A stretch of 63,885 bases of DNA, the filler included, from Octopus bimaculoides (Eukaryota), in the NCBI RefSeq assembly GCF_001194135.2. It is 10 parts of 7 records of this genome, joined end to end, with 100 filler letters (N's around TTAATTAATTAA, not from the genome) between each part and the next. Parts side by side here need not be neighbours in the genome. Positions count along the whole stretch, not along the records: positions 1 to 12,345 come from NC_068988.1; positions 12,446 to 17,697 come from NC_068992.1; positions 17,798 to 21,123 come from NC_068988.1; positions 21,224 to 36,297 come from NC_069001.1; 6 more parts are not named here. One strand, 5' to 3'. Positions 11,583 through 22,635 of the stretch are shown here, in pieces. Below the pieces are notes generated by a model. The model searched no databases and was not told the origin of the DNA. It saw nothing but the letters and a program-made list of their open reading frames with translations. How positions within the stretch are numbered: position 1 is the first letter of the stretch; every line of letters starts with the position of its first letter. The position numbers and the translations under genes are program-made.

Positions 11583-12345
11583 ATAAGGATTTACTTTTCG
11601 TAATGAGATATAAAAAAAAACAAAGCTTTATATCTCTCTCTCCATAACCACCCCGATTCCTTCTATCTTTCTACACTCTAATATCTTTCTCTCTCTTTCA
11701 CCCTTATCCTCCCGTTCCTACCTTCTTATTATATTCACCGACCATTCTGGTACACTTTCCTTTATCTCTATTTTTGCATTCCTTTTATTATTTTCTTCTT
11801 CTATTTTCTTCTATTTCTCCCCACCTTCTTTTTTTCCCTCTTATTTATTCCTCTCTTCCTTTTTTCCTCTTCTTTATTCCTCTCTTCCTGTTTTCGATTT
11901 GACCCTACTAATAAATTCTTTGCTTTTAGGTTACTTTTAAAAGAAACCCTTGATTCAATAACACTGTGTATAAACTCTGTATTTGGAATGACCAATTTCA
12001 GAGACTGTTGGATTTTACTCATAGGGTATTGGAATCTTAATAATGGATTTACAAAGGCAATGACCAATCTTAAGGACTACTGGATTTAACTCACAAGGTA
12101 TTGGAATTTTATATGTATACCATTCTGCCTAAACAATGGATTTATAAATACATTATTCCTACATTCACTTTCTATTTCCTATCTTATCTAAACTAACTAT
12201 TGCTTGACCCCCGTCTTCTCACCCCATCTCCGATGAAGGGATATAATAAATATCCTGGAAACAGCTGTAAGACCTTTTATTTATAAATCTTTTATATTAT
12301 ACACAGCCTTGGCTTTTTATCTCATTACGAAAAGTAAATCCTTAT
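11583..12345. mobile_element. Element bounded by a perfect 28-bp inverted repeat, probably a Penelope-type terminal repeat or a MITE
   Basis: ATAAGGATTTACTTTTCGTAATGAGATA (11583-11610) is the exact reverse complement of 12318-12345. Inside are a 49-bp imperfect duplication (11987, 12059) and a hammerhead-like motif. Confidence 0.7.
12227..12272 (+). ncRNA. Degenerate minimal type I hammerhead ribozyme motif
   Basis: TCT-CCGATGA-AGGGATAT-AATAA-ATATCCTG-GAAA-CAGCTG-TA-AGA: core with one substitution (CUGAUGA to CCGAUGA), 7-bp stem II, palindromic stem III, GUA triplet and a 3-bp stem I. Confidence 0.55.
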
Positions 12346-12389
12346 NNNNNNNNNNNNNNNNNNNNNNNNNNNNNNNNNNNNNNNNNNNN

Positions 12390-12401
12390 TTAATTAATTA
12401 A
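12390..12401. other. Assembly linker TTAATTAATTAA inside N gaps (also near 17742, 21168, 36342, 44498, 48361, 50808, 56784 and 62119)
   Basis: Identical 12-mer centred in 100-nt N blocks. It places stop codons in all six frames and is a known contig-joining spacer, not biological sequence. Confidence 0.97.
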
Positions 12402-12900
12402 NNNNNNNNNNNNNNNNNNNNNNNNNNNNNNNNNNNNNNNNNNNNTATATATAGATATATATATAGATAGATAGATACATTTCTTTTATTAGCCACACAG
12501 GGCTCAACGAAGATGGGACAAATACAATGTAGAGCTTTTCTTTTTGGGAGGGGGAAGGAAAAAAAGGGGGGGTCGATCAAAATTGATCGTAGGAAGGAAA
12601 AAGGGGGGAGTTCGATCAAAAGGGATCGAAAAAAAAGGGCGATCAATAGGGATCGTGTATCACACAGTAATGTTCTCGTGTAAAAGGAGGGGAAGACAGT
12701 TTAGGTTTGGCCGTGGAAAGAAAAGCCTACGGAAAAGACCACGGTAACCTTGGTTAATAAGATAGATAGATAGATAGATAGACACATAGATATTGTCTTT
12801 GTGTGTGTGTGTGTGTGTGTGTGTGGTTATATACGTAGGTTTATACCCTTGTGTATTGCGTGCGTCTGTGTGTGTGTGTATGTTTTACTGTATGTTGTCA

Positions 12901-13130
12901 GTATTAGAAAAGTTTCCATGGAAACGATATATTAGATTAATTAAGTCAAGACATGTAATCGCCTCAAGGCCGCTGGCACATGACCTTGAATCAATTAGGT
13001 TGTAATTTCGTGCTGGAAGTAATATCAATTGATCTGCAGCTGTTGTGATTAAGACTAGTTTCCTCTTCTCCCTCAAATACGGTAATCATCTCAGCCAAGG
13101 TTGAGATGTCAAAGAACGCGTCTCAATAAT
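12901..13130. promoter_or_regulatory. Candidate intronic enhancer with a perfect X-box-like palindrome and homeodomain sites
   Basis: GTTTCCATGGAAAC at 12912-12925, TTAATTAA and CAATTAG motifs, and complex non-repeat sequence between microsatellites. Confidence 0.35.
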
Positions 13131-13199
13131 TGTTTTAAATATATGTATCTACAACCACTGACATAGCATCAGCATTCGTATATTTCCACAAAGTTGCCT

Positions 13200-13579
13200 A
13201 CGTCATCATCACCATAATCTCCACCACCACAACCACCAACAACAACAACACAACAACAGCAACAACAACAATACCACTACCATTGTCGTCGTCGCTGCAA
13301 TGGTCTTCCTCCTCGTAATCGATGCCTTCATTTCCGACGTCAACATAGTCGTCGTCTTCGTCGTTTGTGCCGCCGTCAGCACAATCATGATCTTCACGAC
13401 GATGCACCACCTCCTCCCCCTCCCCTCGATTATCATCATCGTTCTCTTCATCGTCATTATCATCATCATGATTATGGTAACGATGGCAAAGGCGACGATG
13501 ACGATGACAATGATCCCCCTCCTCCTCCACTTTAATTATCATCATCAACATCATCATCATCATCATCAACGTCATCGAA

Positions 13580-13626
<47 letters not shown>

Positions 13627-13647
13627 AATAATATTATTATTATCATC

Positions 13648-13679
<32 letters not shown>

Positions 13680-13740
13680 ATATGTACGTATATATATATA
13701 TATAAACATATGCATATATACATATATATATATATACATA
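13200..13740. repeat. Compound trinucleotide/dinucleotide low-complexity tract (CAC/CAA/CAT/TTA/TA)
   Basis: Consecutive degenerate triplet runs; the overlapping ORFs are poly-I/N/D artefacts. Confidence 0.9.
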
Positions 13741-14524
13741 NNNNNNNNNNNNNNNNNNNNNNNNNNNNNNNNNNNNNNNNNNNNNNNNNNNNNNNNNNNN
13801 NNNNNNNNNNNNNNNNNNNNNNNNNNNNNNNNNNNNNNNNNNNNNNNNNNNNNNNNNNNNNNNNNNNNNNNNNNNNNNNNNNNNNNNNNNNNNNNNNNNN
13901 NNNNNNNNNNNNNNNNNNNNNNNNNNNNNNNNNNNNNNNNNNNNNNNNNNNNNNNNNNNNNNNNNNNNNNNNNNNNNNNNNNNNNNNNNNNNNNNNNATA
14001 TATAAATACACACATATATATATGTATATATATATTGACTTCCTGGAGGTGTGAGGCTGTTGGAAGAGAATCTGCAGAGCTTAGCAAACAATTTCACAGA
14101 ATTGTATTCCTTGCAAACTTACATTAATTAGTGTTAGGCATCTGTTTCTATAATGAGCAGAATGTTTGTAATGAGCAGATTGTCCTCGTAGTGTTACTGC
14201 ATATCCCAAAGTGTAGCATGATCGAGTAGAAATGTAATCAGGAGCATCCTGACAAGATATAATCGCAACAGTTTTGTTTACAAATAGAGTGCATCTAGCA
14301 GAACGAGAGAGTGAATACAGACAGAGGCGGCGAAAAATAGAGAGAGAAAGGGAGAAAGAGAGAAAGACAGAGACAGAGAGACGGGAAGTATGGTAATCTA
14401 TCTACACAAAGTATGAAATCAAAGTTCATGCCAGCAGGATTTCATTTCCGTGAGTATAGAACCGGAATGAATATACAACGAATTCCAACTAATGTTGTTA
14501 ATATTCTGCCAGTTCTAAGGTGGT

Positions 14525-14702
14525 GGGCTGGCAGAACGATTAGCATGCCTCTAAAATGCTTAGCGACATTTCGTCCGTTTTTACGTCTTGATGTAAAATT
14601 TCGCTGAGTTCGACGTTGGCTTTCATCCTCTGAGCACTGGAGTCGACGTAATCGACGTACCCAACCCGAACATGCTGGCTTTGTGCTAAAATTTTAAACC
14701 AA
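14525..14702 (+). mobile_element. SINE family A, old degenerate copy
   Basis: GCTGGCAGAA...AAATGCTTAGCG...GCTTTCATCC...GTCGACGTAATCGAC motifs. Confidence 0.6.
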
Positions 14703-14706
14703 TATT

Positions 14707-15140
14707 TTTTTCTACTCTAGACACAAGGCCTGAAATTTTGGGGATGCGGGTCAGTCGATTAGATCGACCCCCAGGACGCAAATGGTACTTAATTTATCGA
14801 CTCCGAAACGATGAAAGGCAAAGTTGACGAGATCGGCAGAATTTAAACTCGGAACGTAAAGGCAGCCGAAATACCGCTTAGCATTTCGCCCGGTGTGCTA
14901 ACGTTTCTTATTTCTTTATTGCCCAGAAGCGGCTAAAAACAGAGGGAACAAGCACTGAGAGACAGAGGGATTAGGTCGATTACATCGACTCCAGTGCGTA
15001 ACTGGTACTTAATTTATCGATCCCAAAGGATGAAAGGCAAAGTCGACCTCAGCTGAATTTGAACTCAGAGCGTAACGTCAGACGAAATACCACTTAGCAT
15101 TACGGCTGGCGTGCTAACGTTTCTGCCAGCTCGTCGCCTT
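14707..15140 (-). mobile_element. Head-to-tail dimeric SINE family A
   Basis: Two family A units in tandem, joined at ...AATAAAGAAATAAG|AAACGTTAGCAC. Confidence 0.85.
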
Positions 15141-15169
15141 AATTTGAAACCAATATTCTGCAAATAGTA

Positions 15170-15390
15170 AGACGCTGAGCTGGCGAAATCGTTAGCAAGC
15201 CGGGCAAAATGCTTAGCGGAGTTTCATTTTTCTTTACGTTCTGAGTTCAAATTCCACCGACGTCGACTTTATCTTTCATTTATTTGGGGTCGATAAAATA
15301 AGTACCATTTGAGCACAGGAGTCGATTTAATGGAATTAGCCCCTCCCCCGTGAAATTGCTGGGTCCTTGTGCCGAAATTTGAAACCAATT
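15170..15390 (+). mobile_element. SINE family A
   Basis: GAGCTGGCGAAATCGTTAGC...GTTCTGAGTTCAAATTCC...GGGGTCGATAAAATAAGTACC, ending in a TTTGAAACCAA tail. Confidence 0.85.
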
Positions 15391-15998
15391 TGAAACCAAT
15401 TTTCACTCTCCCTATAAACGTAACAAGAAAATTGCAGCAAAATTGAGTGATAGTGTTATCAGACGCACTATGCTGATCATCGTTTGTCTTGACATTGCGT
15501 TTTTATTCTTCTCTTCCGCTTTTTTTTTTATATGAGCATTGCGTATTCATACTTCTCTCTCCGGTCCCGACTCAAAACCGTTTACAGATGACAACCATCT
15601 CACGATTCGTATCAGTGTTTCGTTATTATACAGCATTATTGTGTATAAGGTTCAATGGTCCTACGCTGTCATATGATATCACAGTAATTTGGTCATATGA
15701 TATCACATTAAAGGTGCACGTGGATGAGGAATATTGGACCACTAGTGTAAAGTTTCGCGAATAGGAATTCAATTGCTGGAACAACTGAATAATAATCGTC
15801 GTGATTGACGGAGAATCTAACACGAGTGGGAGGTTGTTTATAGCTTTGAAGAATAAAAATTCATTTCAAACAGCTTCACGCCGAGTCTCACATTTAAAAA
15901 CAACATTTCTGTAATTTGTGTATTTCTCATCATTCTCTTTCTCCCCGTGTCTCTCTCACATACACTCTCTCACATATATGCACACTAACACATACACA

Positions 15999-16054
<56 letters not shown>

Positions 16055-17479
16055 NNNNNNNNNNNNNNNNNNNNNNNNNNNNNNNNNNNNNNNNNNNNNN
16101 NNNNNNNNNNNNNNNNNNNNNNNNNNNNNNNNNNNNNNNNNNNNNNNNNNNNNNNNNNNNNNNNNNNNNNNNNNNNNNNNNNNNNNNNNNNNNNNNNNNN
16201 NNNNNNNNNNNNNNNNNNNNNNNNNNNNNNNNNNNNNNNNNNNNNNNNNNNNNNNNNNNNNNNNNNNNNNNNNNNNNNNNNNNNNNNNNNNNNNNNNNNN
16301 NNNNNNNNNNNNNNNNNNNNNNNNNNNNNNNNNNNNNNNNNNNNNNNNNNNNNNNNNNNNNNNNNNNNNNNNNNNNNNNNNNNNNNNNNNNNNNNNNNNN
16401 NNNNNNNNNNNNNNNNNNNNNNNNNNNNNNNNNNNNNNNNNNNNNNNNNNNNNNNNNNNNNNNNNNNNNNNNNNNNNNNNNNNNNNNNNNNNNNNNNNNN
16501 NNNNNNNNNNNNNNNNNNNNNNNNNNNNNNNNNNNNNNNNNNNNNNNNNNNNNNNNNNNNNNNNNNNNNNNNNNNNNNNNNNNNNNNNNNNNNNNNNNNN
16601 NNNNNNNNNNNNNNNNNNNNNNNNNNNNNNNNNNNNNNNNNNNNNNNNNNNNNNNNNNNNNNNNNNNNNNNNNNNNNNNNNNNNNNNNNNNNNNNNNNNN
16701 NNNNNNNNNNNNNNNNNNNNNNNNNNNNNNNNNNNNNNNNNNNNNNNNNNNNNNNNNNNNNNNNNNNNNNNNNNNNNNNNNNNNNNNNNNNNNNNNNNNN
16801 NNNNNNNNNNNNNNNNNNNNNNNNNNNNNNNNNNNNNNNNNNNNNNNNNNNNNNNNNNNNNNNNNNNNNNNNNNNNNNNNNNNNNNNNNNNNNNNNNNNN
16901 NNNNNNNNNNNNNNNNNNNNNNNNNNNNNNNNNNNNNNNNNNNNNNNNNNCATTTTTGGAATTTCAGTGTGTGGCATTATTCTGTAGTAATGCTCCTTAT
17001 ATAAATATAAACGAATAATTATATTCTTGGGAATAGACATTTCCCTTATGAATTTTTTTACACACTGGCTTCCTGATAAAGTTCTTGCAAAAGATTTTTA
17101 TCCTTTTTTGAATTTATTAATCAAATATATACACGGAATATATTCGATGCTTAATTTTTTTATTTCTGTCTCCACACGTGTACCAAAAACAACCCAGAAG
17201 TATTCCCGCTACTTTGATGAAGGTATATACAGATAAACTTCATTCTCTTTGATTTGTCGGATACGTAGAGTGTTCGTTTTTGATGAGGTGAGAATTCTGT
17301 TTATTTATATATATATTTTTTGAACAATACTATACTGGTGAGCGAAAACTAGATTCATTCTAGTAATCGCGAAATCGGTCGATACATAGTTGAGTTATTT
17401 AAAAGAACGTAAACACACCAACATCGGTAGTCAAGCGAGGGTGGAGGGAGAAAACACAGACACATATATACATACATAT

Positions 17480-17645
17480 AGATATATACGACGAGCTTCT
17501 TTCTGTTTCCGTCTAACTAATCCACTCAGAAGATTCTGGTTGACCCAAGGCTATAGTAGAAGACCATTACTCAATGTGCCATGCAGTGAGAGTGAAACCA
17601 GAATCATGTGGTTGGAAAGAAAGTTTCTTACCACACAGCCACTCC
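17480..17645 (-). mobile_element. SINE family B, 5' module
   Basis: Reverse complement of GGAGTGGCTGTGTGGTAAG...CTACTATAGCCTTGGG...GACGGAAAC. Confidence 0.8.
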
Positions 17646-17656
17646 TGCACAATATA

Positions 17657-17697
<41 letters not shown>

Positions 17698-18829
17698 NNN
17701 NNNNNNNNNNNNNNNNNNNNNNNNNNNNNNNNNNNNNNNNNTTAATTAATTAANNNNNNNNNNNNNNNNNNNNNNNNNNNNNNNNNNNNNNNNNNNNATA
17801 CATATGCAACAGCAAAAAAAAAAAAAAAGCCGTGTGGCTGCAAAACAGTCTGACTGGTTTCGCTTCACAAATCGATTGGAACTTATCTTATTACGCACAC
17901 CTACGATATCATCCACATCTATAACGTATGGATGTGGTCACAGCATAAACCATGGTGTTCACGAAACAGAAGTTACGATAAAACTATTATTTAATGATTT
18001 AATTATCTTTTCAATATGATATATATAAATTTCTTTGTACGTTCTTTCCTGATGATATTCTGGCTTATAATAATTAACGAAATTGATTAAATTAAATTAA
18101 ATTTGATTGATTTTATACTATAAGCGATGAATTGAAACAATTGTATGTCTTGTCAATGTATTAATAAATTTTTATTAATCCTATCTCCATCTCTCTTGGT
18201 TTATATATATATGTATATATATTATATAAATGAATGTATGTATAAATGTATGTATGTGTGTTTGTGTGCGTGTCTGTGTGTACATACATATGAATAGCGA
18301 TAGTAACAATGACGTGTTCGTGCACTTTCCTGTTAGACACAAAAGTTCTTGTGAATAGTTTTATAACTGATAAAATCATCTACGCCATATTTAAAGTTAA
18401 ACAACGGACAGAGATGGAGGACACTTTCTTGTCAACTGACCGTGAATTTGCACTAACGATCAATCACTAGTCGTTATGTGTACAATACACAAAATACGTT
18501 TAGATAGAAAAGCACTGGTTGTCAGTAATAGTAGTTTATATTGAATTTCACAAAAAAAAACAAGAGAGAGAGAAGTGTAACTATGGAATCTAATAGCAAA
18601 ATACAAATCACAACATTATAATACTTAACTCAACATTTTAATTGAGTACTTTGTTAATCTTTCTGTTCATATATTCAATAACAGTTATATTAATATATAT
18701 ATACCTACATTAAAAAAAAATGCATGTATAAACACGTACAAATACTTGCACAAATACGTGTAAATATTTTAATCCTGAACTTACTCTTCTACTACCTTTA
18801 ACCTCTACAGAAAAGATGCTTTAATAATG

Positions 18830-20290
18830 TCGAGTGGGGAAAACAGTTACACACTCGATAGGTTTAGGAAGAACCTCACCAACACCTCAAAGTCACAATA
18901 GAAGCCAATTTGAAGACGGTGGATTTCCTTGATGTAACTGGGCTTAGAATCCAGTGCCTGTAGGCCATTTAAAAAGCCGAGCGAAAGGCTGACGTACATT
19001 AATACAGCTTCCTGTCATCCAGCCATAGTATTCAGGAACCTGGTAAAGGGGTTCAGGTGAAGAATCTCTAGCCTGTTTTCAGGTAAAGAGATTTTCAACG
19101 TCGCTGCCCAGTACTACAATGAGGCTCTGGCTGCCAGCGGTTTTAAGGATAGGATTAGTTACATGTCAGACACTAACCTCTCCAAGAGAGATGTTGTGGT
19201 TCTCAACCCTTTCTCCTCAAGCGTAAAAACTTGTGTAAGATTTTCCTTAGCTTAGCGGATAAACAGTTTCCATGTACGAACAGGTTCAGTAAAAGTTTTA
19301 ATAGGCACACCTTAAGAATTTCTTTTAGCTGTGCATCTAGTGTAAAAATGACCCACACCTGAGACAGAGGTAGATTGCTCATGTGAAAATAACACCACAT
19401 GTCCCCTTAACGTTAACTGTAAAACAGGAACTGTGTATATGAGGCAGAGGTAACATCAAAAGACTCAAATAGGCAGTTAAACGTGCGTGAGTATGTGGGA
19501 GTGACAGGACCAGATTCATTAATCACAAATCCTTCAATATGCCAGAGATACGAAATGCCCTAACCCCAATCAGGCATGTGTGCTCCTTTATAATGCGCCA
19601 CGATGTGCAACATAGAGCAGAAAATCTTAGAGAAGTGTGAGGCTTATTTTAATAACAGCAGAAAATACAGATTTTGTTTAGCCGAGAAAACTCTCAGCAC
19701 CCAGATGTCTACCTAAACCGCAAAAGTGAAATCTTTATCCCTTGTCTACTTGAAACAAGGTATATTTGATCGTACCTACGGACCTCATCATAATTACAAT
19801 TACCAGTTCTCCGCCTTCGGCTCATTCCCCATCATATCCTGTGAACCCAGTAAAGTTTTTAACCAAAACAAACACAAACGAAACACAGGCACATATGCGG
19901 GCTTAAGCGTTCGGATACCTGCCCAGCAAGCCCATCCCTACAAACCCTATATGTATAGAACCCATACACATATATCACCCCTACACAAATTTTCAGAAAA
20001 CTCTTATAGATTTATAGCTTCTTAGAGACTCGGACTCAAGAGATATAACTCTTGATATGACCCTTGCTCAGTTCGTTTCATCTTTTTTCACAGCACCAAA
20101 AACCGGCTGTGAAATTTTACCTCCAATAACAGAGAGTATACGCCATATATATATATTTTTTTACTATACCCACTAGCTCTGAAGAGCACGCGGTTTAGCC
20201 CAGTGCGAAACCGATTGGTAAGATTCATAATACTGTATACTTTGATTAATATACGAGAGCATTTTTCCTGACTTACGGATTCTTGGACGA
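18830..20290 (+). mobile_element. Penelope-like element, 5'-truncated and decayed (RT thumb, GIY-YIG, 3' terminal repeat)
   Basis: Translates across frameshifts as KVTIEANLKTVDFLDV, RPFKKP...YINTASCHP, IFNVAAQYYNEALAASGF, NRHTLRISFSC, CPLN...YEAEVT, CLAEK...LNRKSEIF, all Penelope RT/EN hallmarks. A hammerhead follows downstream. Confidence 0.85.
20175..20226 (+). ncRNA. Minimal type I hammerhead ribozyme in the Penelope 3' end
   Basis: CTGAAGA (20179-85), stem II GCAC/GTGC, GAAA (20207-10), stem III CC-GATT-GG, GUA triplet (cleavage after 20220). Stem I is weak (AGCT vs AGAT). Confidence 0.75.
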
Positions 20291-20292
20291 AC

Positions 20293-20328
<36 letters not shown>

Positions 20329-20336
20329 TGTATGTA

Positions 20337-20367
<31 letters not shown>

Positions 20368-20894
20368 TATGTATATATATATATANNNNNNNNNNNNNNN
20401 NNNNNNNNNNNNNNNNNNNNNNNNNNNNNNNNNNNNNNNNNNTTTATCTACGGGTGCGCACACACACATACTTAGATGAATGCTCATACATACACCAGTC
20501 TTTAACCCCCGAAGCCTTCTTTAATCCCGGGTTTTCTGCCTGTAATTTGACAAAGGCATTTAATACAGAATAGCCCGGTCGACCTAGCTCTAAATAAATA
20601 TTATGAGGATGTACAGTTTGTATATTTATATAAGTAAACTGTGATATTGATTGGTTGAAAAAGGTAAAATGAAATCCTCGCATGGGAATAATCTGCGATA
20701 GGCTGTAACATCTCTTGTCGACTTATGAAACTGAAAACTAGTGCATTAAACTCCACATGTCACTGCTGTACAAACAACTATTTGTGGTGCCTGCAAGACT
20801 ACATGATAAATCAGCTGCTGAATATAGGTTTAAGCAACATGTTCGCTCATCATCAATTAACTGCATCACAAAATTGAATGAATTATATATTGAC

Positions 20895-21234
20895 ACTAGC
20901 AGAGATACCTAGCGTTGCTCGGGATTAAAATGGCATAGTTTTTTTTATTGTTTTACTTGTTTCAGTCATGTGAATGCGGCCATGCTGGTGCACCGTCGAA
21001 GAAATCGACCCCAGGATTTATTCTTTGTAAGCCTAGTACTTATTCTATCGCATTGTTTTGCCAAACGGCTAAGTTACTGGGACGTAAACACAACAACATC
21101 GGTTATCAAGCGATAGTGGGAGTNNNNNNNNNNNNNNNNNNNNNNNNNNNNNNNNNNNNNNNNNNNNTTAATTAATTAANNNNNNNNNNNNNNNNNNNNN
21201 NNNNNNNNNNNNNNNNNNNNNNNATATATATATT

Positions 21235-21265
<31 letters not shown>

Positions 21266-21530
21266 ATTTATATATATTTATATATATATATATTTATATA
21301 TATTTATATATTTATATATATAACGTAGGGACGTGCGTGTGTTATTTTCGCGCGTGTGTACATGTGAAGAATTTTGTGAATAAAACACGCTACTATAAAT
21401 ACTGTGGATAACGTAAGTGAAAAGAAATACAAAAAAACACCAAGCCTTATGTTTTACCGATAACCTTTATGGAAGTAGAAAATGATGAAATTCAAATAAG
21501 AGCCGTAACAGCGGGGATTAGTTATAATAA
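20895..21530 (+). mobile_element. Possible non-autonomous Helentron/HINE-like element interrupted by a SINE tail and a gap
   Basis: 5' ACTAGCAGAGATACCTAGCGTTGCTCGGG resembles HINE subterminal starts; the 3' end reads GAGCCGTAACAGCGGGGATTAGT; internal (TA)n. Confidence 0.35.
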
Positions 21531-22214
21531 AGAAATAAGCAAATGAAAAACATACATGAATAATAAATAAATAAATATGTAAATATATGCTGTTTCTTTG
21601 CTATTCAACATCACACCAAACTAAACAATTGTCCCTGCTGAGAAGGTTTATATTTTTGTCAGGAAAAACATGCTTGTTACATGTGTGGAGTGGTTAAAAG
21701 GTAAAGCAAAGAAGTAAATGAAGATGGAAATAAAATAATCTAATACAAAAACATTTGGTTAGACATGAACTTTCATGTGGAGTTCTGAGAAACTGAATCA
21801 ACAAATGACAGGCATATTTGCTTTCTTTTTATTTATTAAAGAAGTTTGAGTTAAGGGAACTTCCTGACAATAGAAAATAACAGAGAAAGAAAGGAAATAA
21901 GAAAGGTGAAAAGTAAAACAGCCAAAATCTCTTAAATGATTTTTATTCCTTTCTGCCTACGTAGCTTTAAGATAGAGGACAGAAACACAAGTCAAAATTC
22001 TTCTAGAAACAGAAGCGAAAATTCTTTTGGAATTACTCCCTACTGTCTGGTAATTTTCGTCGTATTGCATGAAGAAAATGTTCTTGGCTGAGAAAGCATT
22101 CATGAAAGATAGATTAGGGGTTATATAAAATGCTAGAAAATTTTCGCATTCGAATCTCTCTCACACACACACACGTATGTGTGTAGCCAATAGCCAACGT
22201 AAAACAAAAAAAAA

Positions 22215-22430
22215 ATCTGGCACTTTCTTGGTTATAATGTCGAGGGTTCCTGTTCATTTGATCTACGGAACAGCCATTTCAAGAAATTAACATGTTCAAA
22301 TTCCTCCGCGATCGACTTTACCTCATCCTTCGGAATCGATGAAATAAGTACCAGCTAAGTGCTGAGGTCGATATAATTGACTAACCCACTCCCTCAAAAC
22401 GTCAGGCTCTGTGCCTATAGTTTAAAGGAT
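22215..22430 (+). mobile_element. Degenerate composite SINE fragments
   Basis: The 5' part resembles 48195-48302 (reverse complement); the 3' part is the family A central domain and tail. Confidence 0.6.
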
Positions 22431-22601
22431 TGTTGTTGTTGATACCAGTTATTTACCGTATGCATCTCTCCACGATATTTCAATTAACGGTGAAACAATT
22501 CCTTAAAAACTGCCGAAGTAATTGTATTTGTCTATCATTCTTCAGTTTTGTCTGCCTGTCTCCTTCTCTCTTTCTGCGCCTTTCTCTCTCTCATATTCTC
22601 T

Positions 22602-22635
<34 letters not shown>

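Noticed and set aside
12390-12401. Repeated TTAATTAATTAA motif flanked by equal-length blocks, superficially CRISPR-like
   Set aside because: It always sits centred in N runs and is an assembly spacer with stops in six frames.
13198-14127. Long ORFs spanning gaps and triplet repeats (also 15916-17040, 38973-40255, 42238-44013, 46455-47644)
   Set aside because: They stay open only because of N runs and microsatellites.
20036-20055. Small hairpin TCAAGAG-ATATAA-CTCTTGA
   Set aside because: A 7-bp stem inside the Penelope 3' region, too short to call independently.
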